A stretch of 57,117 nt of DNA from Microcoleaceae cyanobacterium (lineage in GTDB: Bacteria > Cyanobacteriota > Cyanobacteriia > Cyanobacteriales > Microcoleaceae). The notes under the pieces are model-generated. The model did not search any database, had not been told where the DNA came from, and saw nothing but the letters and a program-made list of their open reading frames with translations. A program made the position numbers and the translations under genes. Location: the NCBI GenBank assembly GCA_051652765.1, contig JBOFUV010000028.1, forward strand, positions 1 to 57,117, written 5' to 3'. Positions 49,901 to 57,117 of the stretch are shown in pieces. Positions within the stretch are counted from its first letter, which is position 1. Each line of letters opens with the position of its first letter.

Positions 49901-50769
49901 AAAATTGGAATTTCTAGAGAAAATAAAGGGGTGCGATCGCTAGGGTTTTCGGAAATTGAAACAATTGAAAAACTGGTTGTATCTAGCAAAAGACTGACTT
50001 TTTCTCCTGCCTGAGGCTGCAAGTATTCTAATAGTTCAGTCTGTAAATCTGGATCACGCAATGAGGAGACAAAGATAGGGATGGGTTCTAAATGACGGTC
50101 TGTTAAAAACTGGCAAAGTTGATCAATTGGGGCTGTATTTCCGGATAAATAATGAGCCCGATAGAACAGAATTCCGACTTTGGGTTGAATCGTTTTTTGA
50201 TCTAGATTGGGGCTACAATTCCAGGCATACAACCCAATTCGAGGCACAGAAATTGGTGGCTGAACTGGATAAGATTTCCCTAAAAATGTTGTCGCAATTA
50301 ACTTCAGGGCATTCTGATAGTTTTCAACCCCACCTTCAGTTAAATAACACCAAAGTTGATTGACAATTTTTAGGGTAACCGTTGAATGACTGATTAATTC
50401 GGGGTCAGGGCGATCATCTCCTGGCAAAATAATCAGATGTTTTTTAGTTTTATGACTAATCTCTTGCAGCACTTCTAACCCGTAAGACCAATAGGATCGT
50501 CCCCCCAAAAGTCTAACAACAATAACTTCTGCTTTTTCTAAAACGGCTTCACCATACGTATCAATGGTTAACTGTTGTTGCAGATGCAGTAAATTTGCGA
50601 CTCGAAGCGCAGGAAAGTTTTTTGGAAGTTGAGCGATCGCCTTGGCTAGAGTTTGAATTTCAGTGTCGGCTGCCGTGAGAAAAATGATGGGTGCAGGGGT
50701 TTGTTCGATAAAGACAACCCCCTGCATTTGAGGGTTCCACCCCCCTGGTGTTGCAGAGATGCGATGCAT
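46915..50769 (-). CDS. cobN: Cobaltochelatase subunit CobN
   Basis: MHRISATPGGW, VALPEVDGRI, HVGKHGNLEWLPGK, IRDGLH, LPTGRNFYS, RISGFFRDAFP, NPKWIAGVMRHGYKG. Confidence 0.96.
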   Translation of the reverse strand: MHRISATPGGWNPQMQGVVFIEQTPAPIIFLTAADTEIQTLAKAIAQLPKNFPALRVANLLHLQQQLTIDTYGEAVLEKAEVIVVRLLGGRSYWSYGLEVLQEISHKTKKHLIILPGDDRPDPELISHSTVTLKIVNQLWCYLTEGGVENYQNALKLIATTFLGKSYPVQPPISVPRIGLYAWNCSPNLDQKTIQPKVGILFYRAHYLSGNTAPIDQLCQFLTDRHLEPIPIFVSSLRDPDLQTELLEYLQPQAGEKVSLLLDTTSFSIVSISENPSDRTPLFSLEIPILQVIFSSSTVEQWQADFQGLSPRDVAMNVALPEVDGRIITRAISFKAVNNWNSILEADVVSYVPLNNRIQFVADLAKNWINLQQTPVINRRIALILANYPNRDGRLANGVGLDTPSSCVEILKALHQAGYQVENCPETGDELIQQLTRGVTNDPEGKGLRPIYQSLSIQDFQAYFSSLPDAVQAGIKTRWQTHWQTYFCSISESSAEIPISGIQLGNIFIGIQPSRGYDLDPSLNYHAPDLEPTPDYLAFYDWIRNHFAADAIVHVGKHGNLEWLPGKSLALSENCYPEIALGALPHFYPFIVNDPGEGSQAKRRSQAVILDHLTPPMTRAELYGSLQQLEGLMDEYYQAQSLNPIRLPLIRDRIVQLIETENLHQDLRLNLQQLRLGKALKNSEDKSAQEQEIFNSIDGYLCELKEAQIRDGLHILGHCPQGRQLRDLIVAIARHPDLNRQGLTRAIAEDWGLDFDPLTTDLSEYLSDHLNNNLAEVANPELTLQQFSCRTVGDAVEVIETYAANLVETLIDPPLNPPLPAPPGHKTQQELHWIQTNLLPKLRQTNQEISNLLKGLNGQYIPSGASGAPTRGRSDVLPTGRNFYSVDIRAIPTETAWRVGQLAAEALIECYTQENGEYPQTLGLSVWGTSTMRTGGDDMAEALALLGVKPVWEGASRRVVDFEILPLSILGRPRVDVTLRISGFFRDAFPNLIDLFDQAVTAVAQLVESAADNPLAAQVQQETQAWIEAGLTLEQAQARSRYRIFGSKPGAYGAGLQGLIEAQNWVDDQDLARAYLNWSSYAYSGSTQSKSSGISVPEVFEQRLKQLQIVLQNQDNREHDLLDSDDYYQFQGGMTAAVRAFTGQNPQIYFGDHSQPENPKIRHLHAEIARVYRSRVTNPKWIAGVMRHGYKGAFEMAATVDYLFAYDVTAHCVEDFMYEGVAKAYLLDEEVQRFIQSKNPWALRDMAERLLEANQRGFWQSVNSDLIEQLRAIVHQAEGVIEQL

Positions 50770-50776
50770 AAATTCA

Positions 50777-50814
50777 GGCTAAAAGTTGGGCTAAAAGTTG
50801 TAGGCTAAAAGTTG
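50777..50814. repeat. 12-bp direct repeat x3 upstream of cobN
   Basis: GGCTAAAAGTTG at 50777, 50789, 50803. Confidence 0.8.
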
Positions 50815-50824
50815 CAGATTCTAG

Positions 50825-51103
50825 TTACAGCCAATCTTCTTGATCCTGGGAACGACTCCGATAGACTTGACCTTTTGCATGAATTTCGCGGGTTTTTGCA
50901 AATAAGGTTGCTTCTGTAAATCCCCACCGTTGCATAGTTTCTTCTAAGTCTTGCTGAATATCTCTAGCCCCCGGAAACCCTTTGTAGCGAATTTTTAATC
51001 GGGCCAGTTCAGCGAGATTATGTTCCGTTGGATGGCTCTGTGGCAACGTATTAATGGTGGTGCGATCGCTTCTGTACTGAGGATGTTGCTGATCTTTAGC
51101 CAT
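50825..51103 (-). CDS. DUF3288 family protein
   Basis: DQQHPQY..DR, LAELARLKIRYKGFPGARDIQ, LFAKTREIH, C-terminal EDW. Confidence 0.88.
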   Translation of the reverse strand: MAKDQQHPQYRSDRTTINTLPQSHPTEHNLAELARLKIRYKGFPGARDIQQDLEETMQRWGFTEATLFAKTREIHAKGQVYRSRSQDQEDWL

Positions 51104-51177
51104 TATTTTTCTATAACTAGCCGGATAAGGTCAAAAAATTTTGTAATAAAGAGTGAACCTCTAGTCTAACAAAGATC

Positions 51178-51339
51178 ATGCATTCTAACCTCTGTGCCTG
51201 TCTCTTGGGTCTACTCTTCAGCCAACTCACCGCATTAACTGTGGTTGTTGGCTTTACCTCTGGGTCAACGTTTCAGACCAATAGCGCAGAGAGTTGTGAC
51301 AATCAGTGTCCCTATAGAGGGAGTGGTCGCAAGATTTGA
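51178..51339 (+). CDS. patX: PatX-like RGSGR-containing signalling peptide (53 aa; not in ORF track)
   Basis: Manual translation MHSNLCACLLGLLFSQLTALTVVVGFTSGSTFQTNSAESCDNQCPYRGSGRKI: hydrophobic leader and C-terminal PYRGSGRK. Confidence 0.78.
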   Translation: MHSNLCACLLGLLFSQLTALTVVVGFTSGSTFQTNSAESCDNQCPYRGSGRKI

Positions 51340-51538
51340 ACTTAACTAAAATTTTGTAGGTTAGGCATCTTAACTCAATGGGACAGCTAGGGCAGCCAGC
51401 CCACAAAACTCAATCTACGAACTTAGCAGCGGAGCTTCTCTTTAGATATGCTTTTAAAGATACCTCTAAGAATACTTTTAAACATTCCTTAATTCCTCTG
51501 ATCTCTGCTGTATTTCAATCTATTTTAGAGCCGCTCAA

Positions 51539-51952
51539 TTACTGTTCTTGATTGGGATTGATCTGGGGAATCATCCGGCCTAGGCTCAAGTCGTCTAGAT
51601 TAATAGCTTTGCTACCGCCGCTCTCAAGTTGAGTCAAGAGTTTGGAAAGCTGAAACCACACTAAACCTGCGAGTAAAGCGGTCGAGGGAGCCGAAAAAGC
51701 ATAGGCAAATTGGGCCGAAAATGTAAAAACCTGTAGGCAGGAGGCTAGGAAAACCCCAATCCCAATGGCTGTGCCCATAAAGGGAAGTAGCAATTGCACG
51801 CCTCGCATCTGAGAAAAGACTCGACTTGAACGGCTATTTTTCCACTCTTCCACTAGGGCTTTCAGAGTTGTAATAAATGCGGCGCAGGATGCAATTCCGA
51901 TCAGTAGGCCAGCAACAAGCAGAAAGTAGGGCGGTTGAGCAACCTCGTACAT
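51539..51952 (-). CDS. Conserved cyanobacterial hypothetical membrane protein
   Basis: PPYFLL..GL, three hydrophobic segments, C-terminal GGSKAINLD. Confidence 0.8.
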   Translation of the reverse strand: MYEVAQPPYFLLVAGLLIGIASCAAFITTLKALVEEWKNSRSSRVFSQMRGVQLLLPFMGTAIGIGVFLASCLQVFTFSAQFAYAFSAPSTALLAGLVWFQLSKLLTQLESGGSKAINLDDLSLGRMIPQINPNQEQ

Positions 51953-52054
51953 GATGTGACTTAAAGTAAAGGTTAAACGGACGGGGGTTAGGGCAAACTT
52001 GCCCCAGAACCAATTGATGAGTTCAATCTGGGATCAAACTAGGAGAACTCAACC

Positions 52055-53734
52055 CTAAGAAGACTGCCCTAAAGCTGCAACCTGAGTTGATGAAAACTCA
52101 ACTAAGGCACCTAAAGCTGCATCCAACAAACGTCTGGGACGAATGCTGGGCTGGATTAGGCTCCAAAGCCGCTGTACCTCATCAGTATGGAGGCGATCAT
52201 CCTCCGTTAAGGCCAACAGAATTTGACGACGCAGGAACTCTCCTTCCTCAGATAACAGAAATTGTAAGCCAAGTTGAGCCGTTGGTAACAGGTCAAAGCT
52301 TTGGTCAGACTGAGCAATCAGAATCATATTCTCTAGTCGTTGCCATTGGAACTTGCCATCTTTTAATAAAATCTCGACTAAGCGACGACGTAAAGCCGGA
52401 GTCTCCCCCTTTAACAGGCGACGCGCCACATAGGGATAGGCAACCTCGACAATCTTAAAGTTGGGATTCAAACTCAGGGCAATTCCCTCTTGAGTCACCA
52501 AGGAGCGAATAATTAACGCAAACTTGGCTGGCACTCGAAACGGATAGTCAAACATGAGTTCGGAAAAGCTATCGGTGATGGTTTTGAAGTTGAAGTCCTT
52601 GACACTCTCACCCATGGCATTGCCCAAAACCCGCTCTAGAGCAGGTAGAATTGGGTCAATACTCGTTTCAGGAGTTAAAAACCCCAGTCTAACAAAGTCT
52701 TTTGCTAGCTCATCGTAGTCTTTGTTGATCAGATGAACCACTGAATCCACTAAGGTTTCTTTAGTGTCCTGTTCCAGTTGATCCATCATGCCAAAATCAA
52801 TGAAGGCCATCCGTCCATCGGCCATGGCAAATAGGTTTCCAGGATGGGGATCAGCATGGAAAAATCCAAACTCTAACAGTTGGCGCAGTCCACTGGTGAC
52901 CCCAGCCACAATCAGAGAATTGATATCTAGTCCTGCTGCTTCGATATTTTCGGTATCCGTCAGCTTGAATCCTTCAATCCACTCCAAAGTCAGAACGCGG
53001 GTACTGGTATACTTCCAATAAATCGCTGGGACTTTGACTTGAGGGTCATCACTAAAATAGACTGCAAACTGCTCAGCGTTACGGCCTTCATGAATATAGT
53101 CAATTTCTTCAAACAGTTTTGTGCCAAACTCATCGACAATCAAGGTCAAATCATGGCCCAAGTTCAGAGGCAACCAGGGAGCAGCCCAACTCGCTAACCA
53201 ACGCATCAGATAGAGGTCAAGACTAATAATCGGCATCAGATTAGGCCGTTGGACTTTGACCGCAACCTGTTCTCCTGTCCACAGCTTGGCCCGATATACC
53301 TGCCCCAAACTTGCTGCTGCAACTGGCTGCGGTGAAATCTCAGGGAAGATAACGTTTACCTCTCGGCCCAATTCTGCTCTAACAATCGACATCGCCAGTT
53401 TTGTGCTAAACGGAGGCAGTTGATCTTGCAACTTCATCAGTTCGCCCAAAAAATCTTTGCGAACCAAATCAGGACGAGTGGATAACGCCTGACCCGTCTT
53501 AATAAACGTCGGGCCCAATTGAGTCAGAATTTGCCGGAGCTGGGCCGCCCGTTCAGGAGTATGCTGCCCCTCATGATTTCGCCACTGATCCCAGAGGAGC
53601 CCCAAAACAAATCCCGAAAAAAACCAAATTACCTCCACAGCTCGCCAGACTGGTCTCCAAGGACGAAAGCGATAATGTCGGGCAATCAACTTTGGATCGT
53701 AACGGCGCTCATGACTCAATTGATGTAAACTCAC
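52055..53734 (-). CDS. AarF/ABC1/UbiB family atypical kinase
   Basis: LGPTFIKTGQALSTRPD, AAASLGQVY, VAVKVQRP, GFFHADPHPGN, IDFGMM. Confidence 0.95.
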   Translation of the reverse strand: MSLHQLSHERRYDPKLIARHYRFRPWRPVWRAVEVIWFFSGFVLGLLWDQWRNHEGQHTPERAAQLRQILTQLGPTFIKTGQALSTRPDLVRKDFLGELMKLQDQLPPFSTKLAMSIVRAELGREVNVIFPEISPQPVAAASLGQVYRAKLWTGEQVAVKVQRPNLMPIISLDLYLMRWLASWAAPWLPLNLGHDLTLIVDEFGTKLFEEIDYIHEGRNAEQFAVYFSDDPQVKVPAIYWKYTSTRVLTLEWIEGFKLTDTENIEAAGLDINSLIVAGVTSGLRQLLEFGFFHADPHPGNLFAMADGRMAFIDFGMMDQLEQDTKETLVDSVVHLINKDYDELAKDFVRLGFLTPETSIDPILPALERVLGNAMGESVKDFNFKTITDSFSELMFDYPFRVPAKFALIIRSLVTQEGIALSLNPNFKIVEVAYPYVARRLLKGETPALRRRLVEILLKDGKFQWQRLENMILIAQSDQSFDLLPTAQLGLQFLLSEEGEFLRRQILLALTEDDRLHTDEVQRLWSLIQPSIRPRRLLDAALGALVEFSSTQVAALGQSS

Positions 53735-54215
53735 GTTGAATCCTTATCTTTTTAAATAGTTATGAACTAATATTGCTCACCCCTAGACAGCCAGTGCCAA
53801 GTCCCAGCTGACTCCATCAGTGCATCAATCACTAGCTTACTCTAATGATTAGTGAAGATTTTTCCATAAAAGATCTTGGAGTAAACATCCAACTCACCGC
53901 AATAAAAGTAAAGTTTTGTAGATTTTATAGATTGTGTAAACTTTGTAGATTGTGTAAAGGTAGTAGATTCGGCATTTCTTTACCCAGTCTAATAGTTATA
54001 TTAACCTATCTTAACAATCTCAGGGTTGGTTTTTACATCCTTTCCTGTGCTAAAGTTGCAAGATGACAATCTACAGACATCTATCAGTCGATCAGAATTG
54101 TCCATCCTCCCAGCTTCTAACCTGTTCAGTTGAGATCCTCGCCCACATTCACACTTCAGATTGGATCGCACAGACTCTCAGCCCTTAAGCTGATCGCGTT
54201 CAGTTTTAGCACTTC

Positions 54216-54244
54216 AAAACAGGCGAGGTCACCTCACCTGTTTT
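54216..54244 (-). terminator. Rho-independent terminator
   Basis: Minus strand AAAACAGGTGAGG-TGA-CCTCGCCTGTTTT downstream of the 54284 gene. Confidence 0.7.
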
Positions 54245-54283
54245 ATCAAACTTACACACACATCCGCAAAACTGTTGAGGCAT

Positions 54284-54973
54284 TTAGCCTGAACATTCCT
54301 GAGAGCAACAAGGCTTAGATTTGCTAGGTTGGAGTAGTTGGAAAGGACTCAGGGCAAGTAACCCACTGAGGCTCAGTAATGCCAGAAAAGCTGGACTTGG
54401 GAATGCTGTCTGCGATTTTATAGAAGTAATCTGCAGGTTGAGATCGGGGGCCGAGAACAGCGTGGTGTCTGAGATGTTCTGACCATATTCAATCGCTTGA
54501 ACCCCCTGATGTTCTTGCTGTCCAGTCGAAGTCGTAACCTCCCGATTCCAAATTTCTAGCACTTGAAGTTCAGGGAGTTTTTGGTTACGAGCAAACAAGT
54601 TCAGACCGCTGATGCCATGGGTACGCTCTTGGCCCTGACTGATCTGCTTTTCGCCCCACACAAAAGCTTCTAAGTCCTCTTTGCTCCAAGCGTAATCTCC
54701 CCAATTTGCCTGAAAGGATTGAAGTTCAGACAACTCTAGAACACCGTCAGTATCAGTATCAGATCCTTCAAAAACCCCGGATAGAATCTGGTTCCCAACT
54801 TGTTGCTGAAATTGAAAACGAGTGACTGTATTAAAACTCCAGTTGATAATACCAACGCTGATCGCGATGCTGACTGCAATGGCTATTCTTTGAGCAAGAC
54901 AACCTGGCGATTCCTGAGTAGGTGTGGAGAGTTTAGACGTAGAGAGTTTAGAAGTAGAAAATTGCTGCATCAC
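54284..54973 (-). CDS. Hypothetical exported protein with DxDxDG Ca-binding-like loop and degenerate PEP-CTERM-like tail
   Basis: N-terminal hydrophobic segment, FEGSDTDTDGVLELSEL, C-terminal FPSPAFLALLSLSGLLAL...KSK. Confidence 0.65.
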   Translation of the reverse strand: MMQQFSTSKLSTSKLSTPTQESPGCLAQRIAIAVSIAISVGIINWSFNTVTRFQFQQQVGNQILSGVFEGSDTDTDGVLELSELQSFQANWGDYAWSKEDLEAFVWGEKQISQGQERTHGISGLNLFARNQKLPELQVLEIWNREVTTSTGQQEHQGVQAIEYGQNISDTTLFSAPDLNLQITSIKSQTAFPSPAFLALLSLSGLLALSPFQLLQPSKSKPCCSQECSG

Positions 54974-55113
54974 TAAGAACTCCAGTTGTAGGGTTCACTA
55001 AAACATATGTCTGGACTTTGCGGCTTATGCAATAGATAGGCGATAGGCTACCGAATTGCAAACGTTTGCTCGGGGTAGACTTAGCTTCTAGCACTAGACT
55101 GTACAGTTTGATT

Positions 55114-55143
55114 ACAATTCTAGACTGTACAGTCTAGAATTGT
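55114..55143. promoter_or_regulatory. Perfect 30-bp palindrome, candidate operator
   Basis: ACAATTCTAGACTGT|ACAGTCTAGAATTGT; the 14-bp core CTAGACTGTACAGT is repeated at 55094-55107; lies between divergent genes. Confidence 0.55.
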
Positions 55144-55330
55144 CAACAGAAATCATGCTGGATTTCTCCGGTAACACAGTTCTACCAAGCTACAATGACC
55201 TGTAAATCGTCTTCAGATATCATGTCTGGCAAGCATTCTCCTCGATTGGCTTAAGACAGCTAATGTTCTCACCCTTTGATACGAAGCAACACTCAGAAAT
55301 CAACCGATTTAGGATTTGGAGAGCTGAATC

Positions 55331-55819
55331 ATGTGTCGATATTTAACCATTGCCTTACTTGCCCTGTTCTGTCTGATTTGGCCCTTGAGCGTTCATGCTG
55401 AAGATAACCCAGTGGGCTTATTTTTCAATCATAGTTTGTTACAGGGACGAGATTTCTCGAATCAGTCCTTTCCCCAAGCTGAATTTGCTAATTCCAATCT
55501 AGAGTCTGCTAAGTTTGACCATTCCTATCTAAAAGGTGCAATTTTCAGTAAGGCAATTCTGAAGAAAGCCAGCATGAAAGGAGTTGATGTCACCTACGGA
55601 ATGCTGGATCAAGCAGATTTTACAGATGCTGATTTGAGCGATGCAATTTTTACAGAAGCCTTGTTTCTCGGCTCAATCTTTAGGCATACAAAAGTGGATG
55701 GGGCAGATTTTACAGACGCTCTACTAGATGGCCTTCAAACTCGGCAACTGTGTGAACAGGCAACGGGAGTCAATTCCAAAACGGGTATCACTACCCGAGA
55801 TTCTTTGGGGTGTCGATAA
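55331..55819 (+). CDS. Pentapeptide repeat protein (exported/lumenal type)
   Basis: Signal peptide ending VHA, A(D/N)(F/L)xx repeats, C-terminal LC..ATGVN..TG..TRDSLGC. Confidence 0.92.
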   Translation: MCRYLTIALLALFCLIWPLSVHAEDNPVGLFFNHSLLQGRDFSNQSFPQAEFANSNLESAKFDHSYLKGAIFSKAILKKASMKGVDVTYGMLDQADFTDADLSDAIFTEALFLGSIFRHTKVDGADFTDALLDGLQTRQLCEQATGVNSKTGITTRDSLGCR

Positions 55820-55836
55820 GCTTGTAAAGTCAGAAA

Positions 55837-55880
55837 AAAAGAGTTCTGAGAAAAGCTTAGCTCAATCTCAAAACTCTTTT
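55837..55880. terminator. Bidirectional stem-loop between convergent genes
   Basis: AAAAGAGTTCTGAGA...TCTCAAAACTCTTTT. Confidence 0.55.
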
Positions 55881-55946
55881 ACAACAATAATTTAAACAAA
55901 TTCAATTAAGTCGAAAAGCCCTAAAATTCTGGCCCTGAAACAACGC

Positions 55947-57116
55947 CTAGAATCGGAACTGAGTCCGTAGAGTTCCAACAAAAATCGTGTCGTTCTCACT
56001 GTTGTGATCTGGATTTGTGACAACATAGAACCCAGGAGTTACAGCAATGTATTCACTCAACTGGAAGCGGTAGAACCCTTCAATGTGAAGGGCAGTATCT
56101 TCGTCTTCCAAGTCACTGACTTCATGTTCAACAACCTTCGGCGGCATACCAACGATAATTCCTCCAAGGTCTCCTTCCTTCAGGATATCGGGGAATGCCA
56201 AGGTGACCGCCCAGTTAATGATGGTTGCATCCCGATCCGTAGCAGCACTTTCTTGATTGGCCCATGTTGCTCCAAACCAACCTCCGAGTTGGAAGAAGTC
56301 GGCAAGAGCCCAATTTGCTTGGAAGCCCAAGTTATCAGTTGACGTTGCGGCATTGCCAAAGGGTCTGTTTGCAATGAAGCTACCTGTCCCCCCGGCCACA
56401 TTGACATCATCATCCCGGAAGTACTTGTGAGAATATTCAACGCTCAGGGCCAAATCTTCAAGGGGTGTAAACTTTATCTGAGCCGCTGCCGTATAGCTAC
56501 CGTTAAACAAGCCCCGTCCATCGTTGGCATTGGCTGCATCTCCAGTCAGGTAGCCAACGTTCAACTGAGCAAAGTCGCCAAAGGCATACTTGACAACAGC
56601 TCCAACCCCTTCTGGGCCCCGACCAATCAATGGGTTGAACCGGCCAAATCGAGAAGAGGATCCAGCTCCCTCTGGGGTAAAAGGAGACAGCATATCAATC
56701 AAGTCGTCAGTAGCAAGACCATTTGCTCCTATAAAGACCTGGCCATCACCAATGGGGAATCTATAAAACAAGGCATCTACAATAAAAGAGCCATCTCCAC
56801 CATCCGTGACTAGGCGACTCATCAGGGTATTGGTTGAGTCTACTTCACTGTAGTTGGGAATGTTGGCAACTTCTAAACGAGTGAATAGGAGGTCTTCCCC
56901 GGTGAAGCTAGTATTAAAGTTTAAGCGAGCCCGATAGCCTAGAGCAGTTTGAGTTGGGTCATCATCTTCATCCACTAAACCTGTACCATCAGGGCCTTGA
57001 TCGCCGTTAACGTTGTAAGTGGCGCGATCGCCAAACGTGTCAGCCAGGAAGAAGATGACTTCTCCAGTCAACTTTGTTGTAGTGGAGAACTGATTGGCCT
57101 CTAGTTCAGCCGTCCG
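55947..57116 (-). CDS. Cyanobacterial outer-membrane porin (SomA/iron-uptake porin, OprB-like), 5' part outside window
   Basis: Frame stays open to the window end: RTAELEANQFSTTTKLTGEVIF; RLNFNTSFTGEDLL; C-terminal VGTLRTQFRF. Confidence 0.93.
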   Translation of the reverse strand, partial: RTAELEANQFSTTTKLTGEVIFFLADTFGDRATYNVNGDQGPDGTGLVDEDDDPTQTALGYRARLNFNTSFTGEDLLFTRLEVANIPNYSEVDSTNTLMSRLVTDGGDGSFIVDALFYRFPIGDGQVFIGANGLATDDLIDMLSPFTPEGAGSSSRFGRFNPLIGRGPEGVGAVVKYAFGDFAQLNVGYLTGDAANANDGRGLFNGSYTAAAQIKFTPLEDLALSVEYSHKYFRDDDVNVAGGTGSFIANRPFGNAATSTDNLGFQANWALADFFQLGGWFGATWANQESAATDRDATIINWAVTLAFPDILKEGDLGGIIVGMPPKVVEHEVSDLEDEDTALHIEGFYRFQLSEYIAVTPGFYVVTNPDHNSENDTIFVGTLRTQFRF

Positions 57117-57117
57117 C

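Noticed and set aside
53845..54318. 73-aa and 62-aa plus-strand ORFs (CRFYRLCKLCRLCK)
   Set aside because: The Cys pattern is a by-product of a 9/18-bp tandem repeat; the second ORF runs across a terminator
55171..55185. Possible NtcA site
   Set aside because: Spacing is GTA-N9-TAC, not N8

Overview
Cyanobacterial chromosomal window: HIP1 octamer GCGATCGC recurs throughout (more than 30 copies counted by eye), and apcD, petG and a cyanobacterial porin are present. It is probably from a filamentous lineage (inference). Most genes are housekeeping or conserved (speA, nadB, polA, egtD, surE, pheS, rlmH, apcD, rlmD, cobN, ABC1 kinase). Accessory content: a 1811-aa repetitive beta-helix/RTX exoprotein, an AT-rich putative lipid-linked glycosylation cassette (FAD oxidoreductase-GtrA fusion, polytopic membrane protein, GT4), and several secreted or anchored hypothetical proteins. 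Two small genes missing from the ORF track were read by hand: petG (23264-23380, -) and a 53-aa hydrophobic-leader peptide ending CDNQCPYRGSGRKI (51178-51339, +). The latter is a PatX-like RGSGR signalling peptide with a DIF1-like promoter element and is the most interesting signal here. Non-coding DNA holds a family of GC-rich double-hairpin repeats (free, chimeric, wrapped in 12-bp terminal inverted repeats as a MITE, and as an in-frame fragment in cobN), a perfect 30-bp palindrome, and many 7-17 bp tandem duplications, several over stop or start codons. No rRNA, tRNA, CRISPR array or transposase was recognised. All calls come from manual motif recognition; no database search was run.
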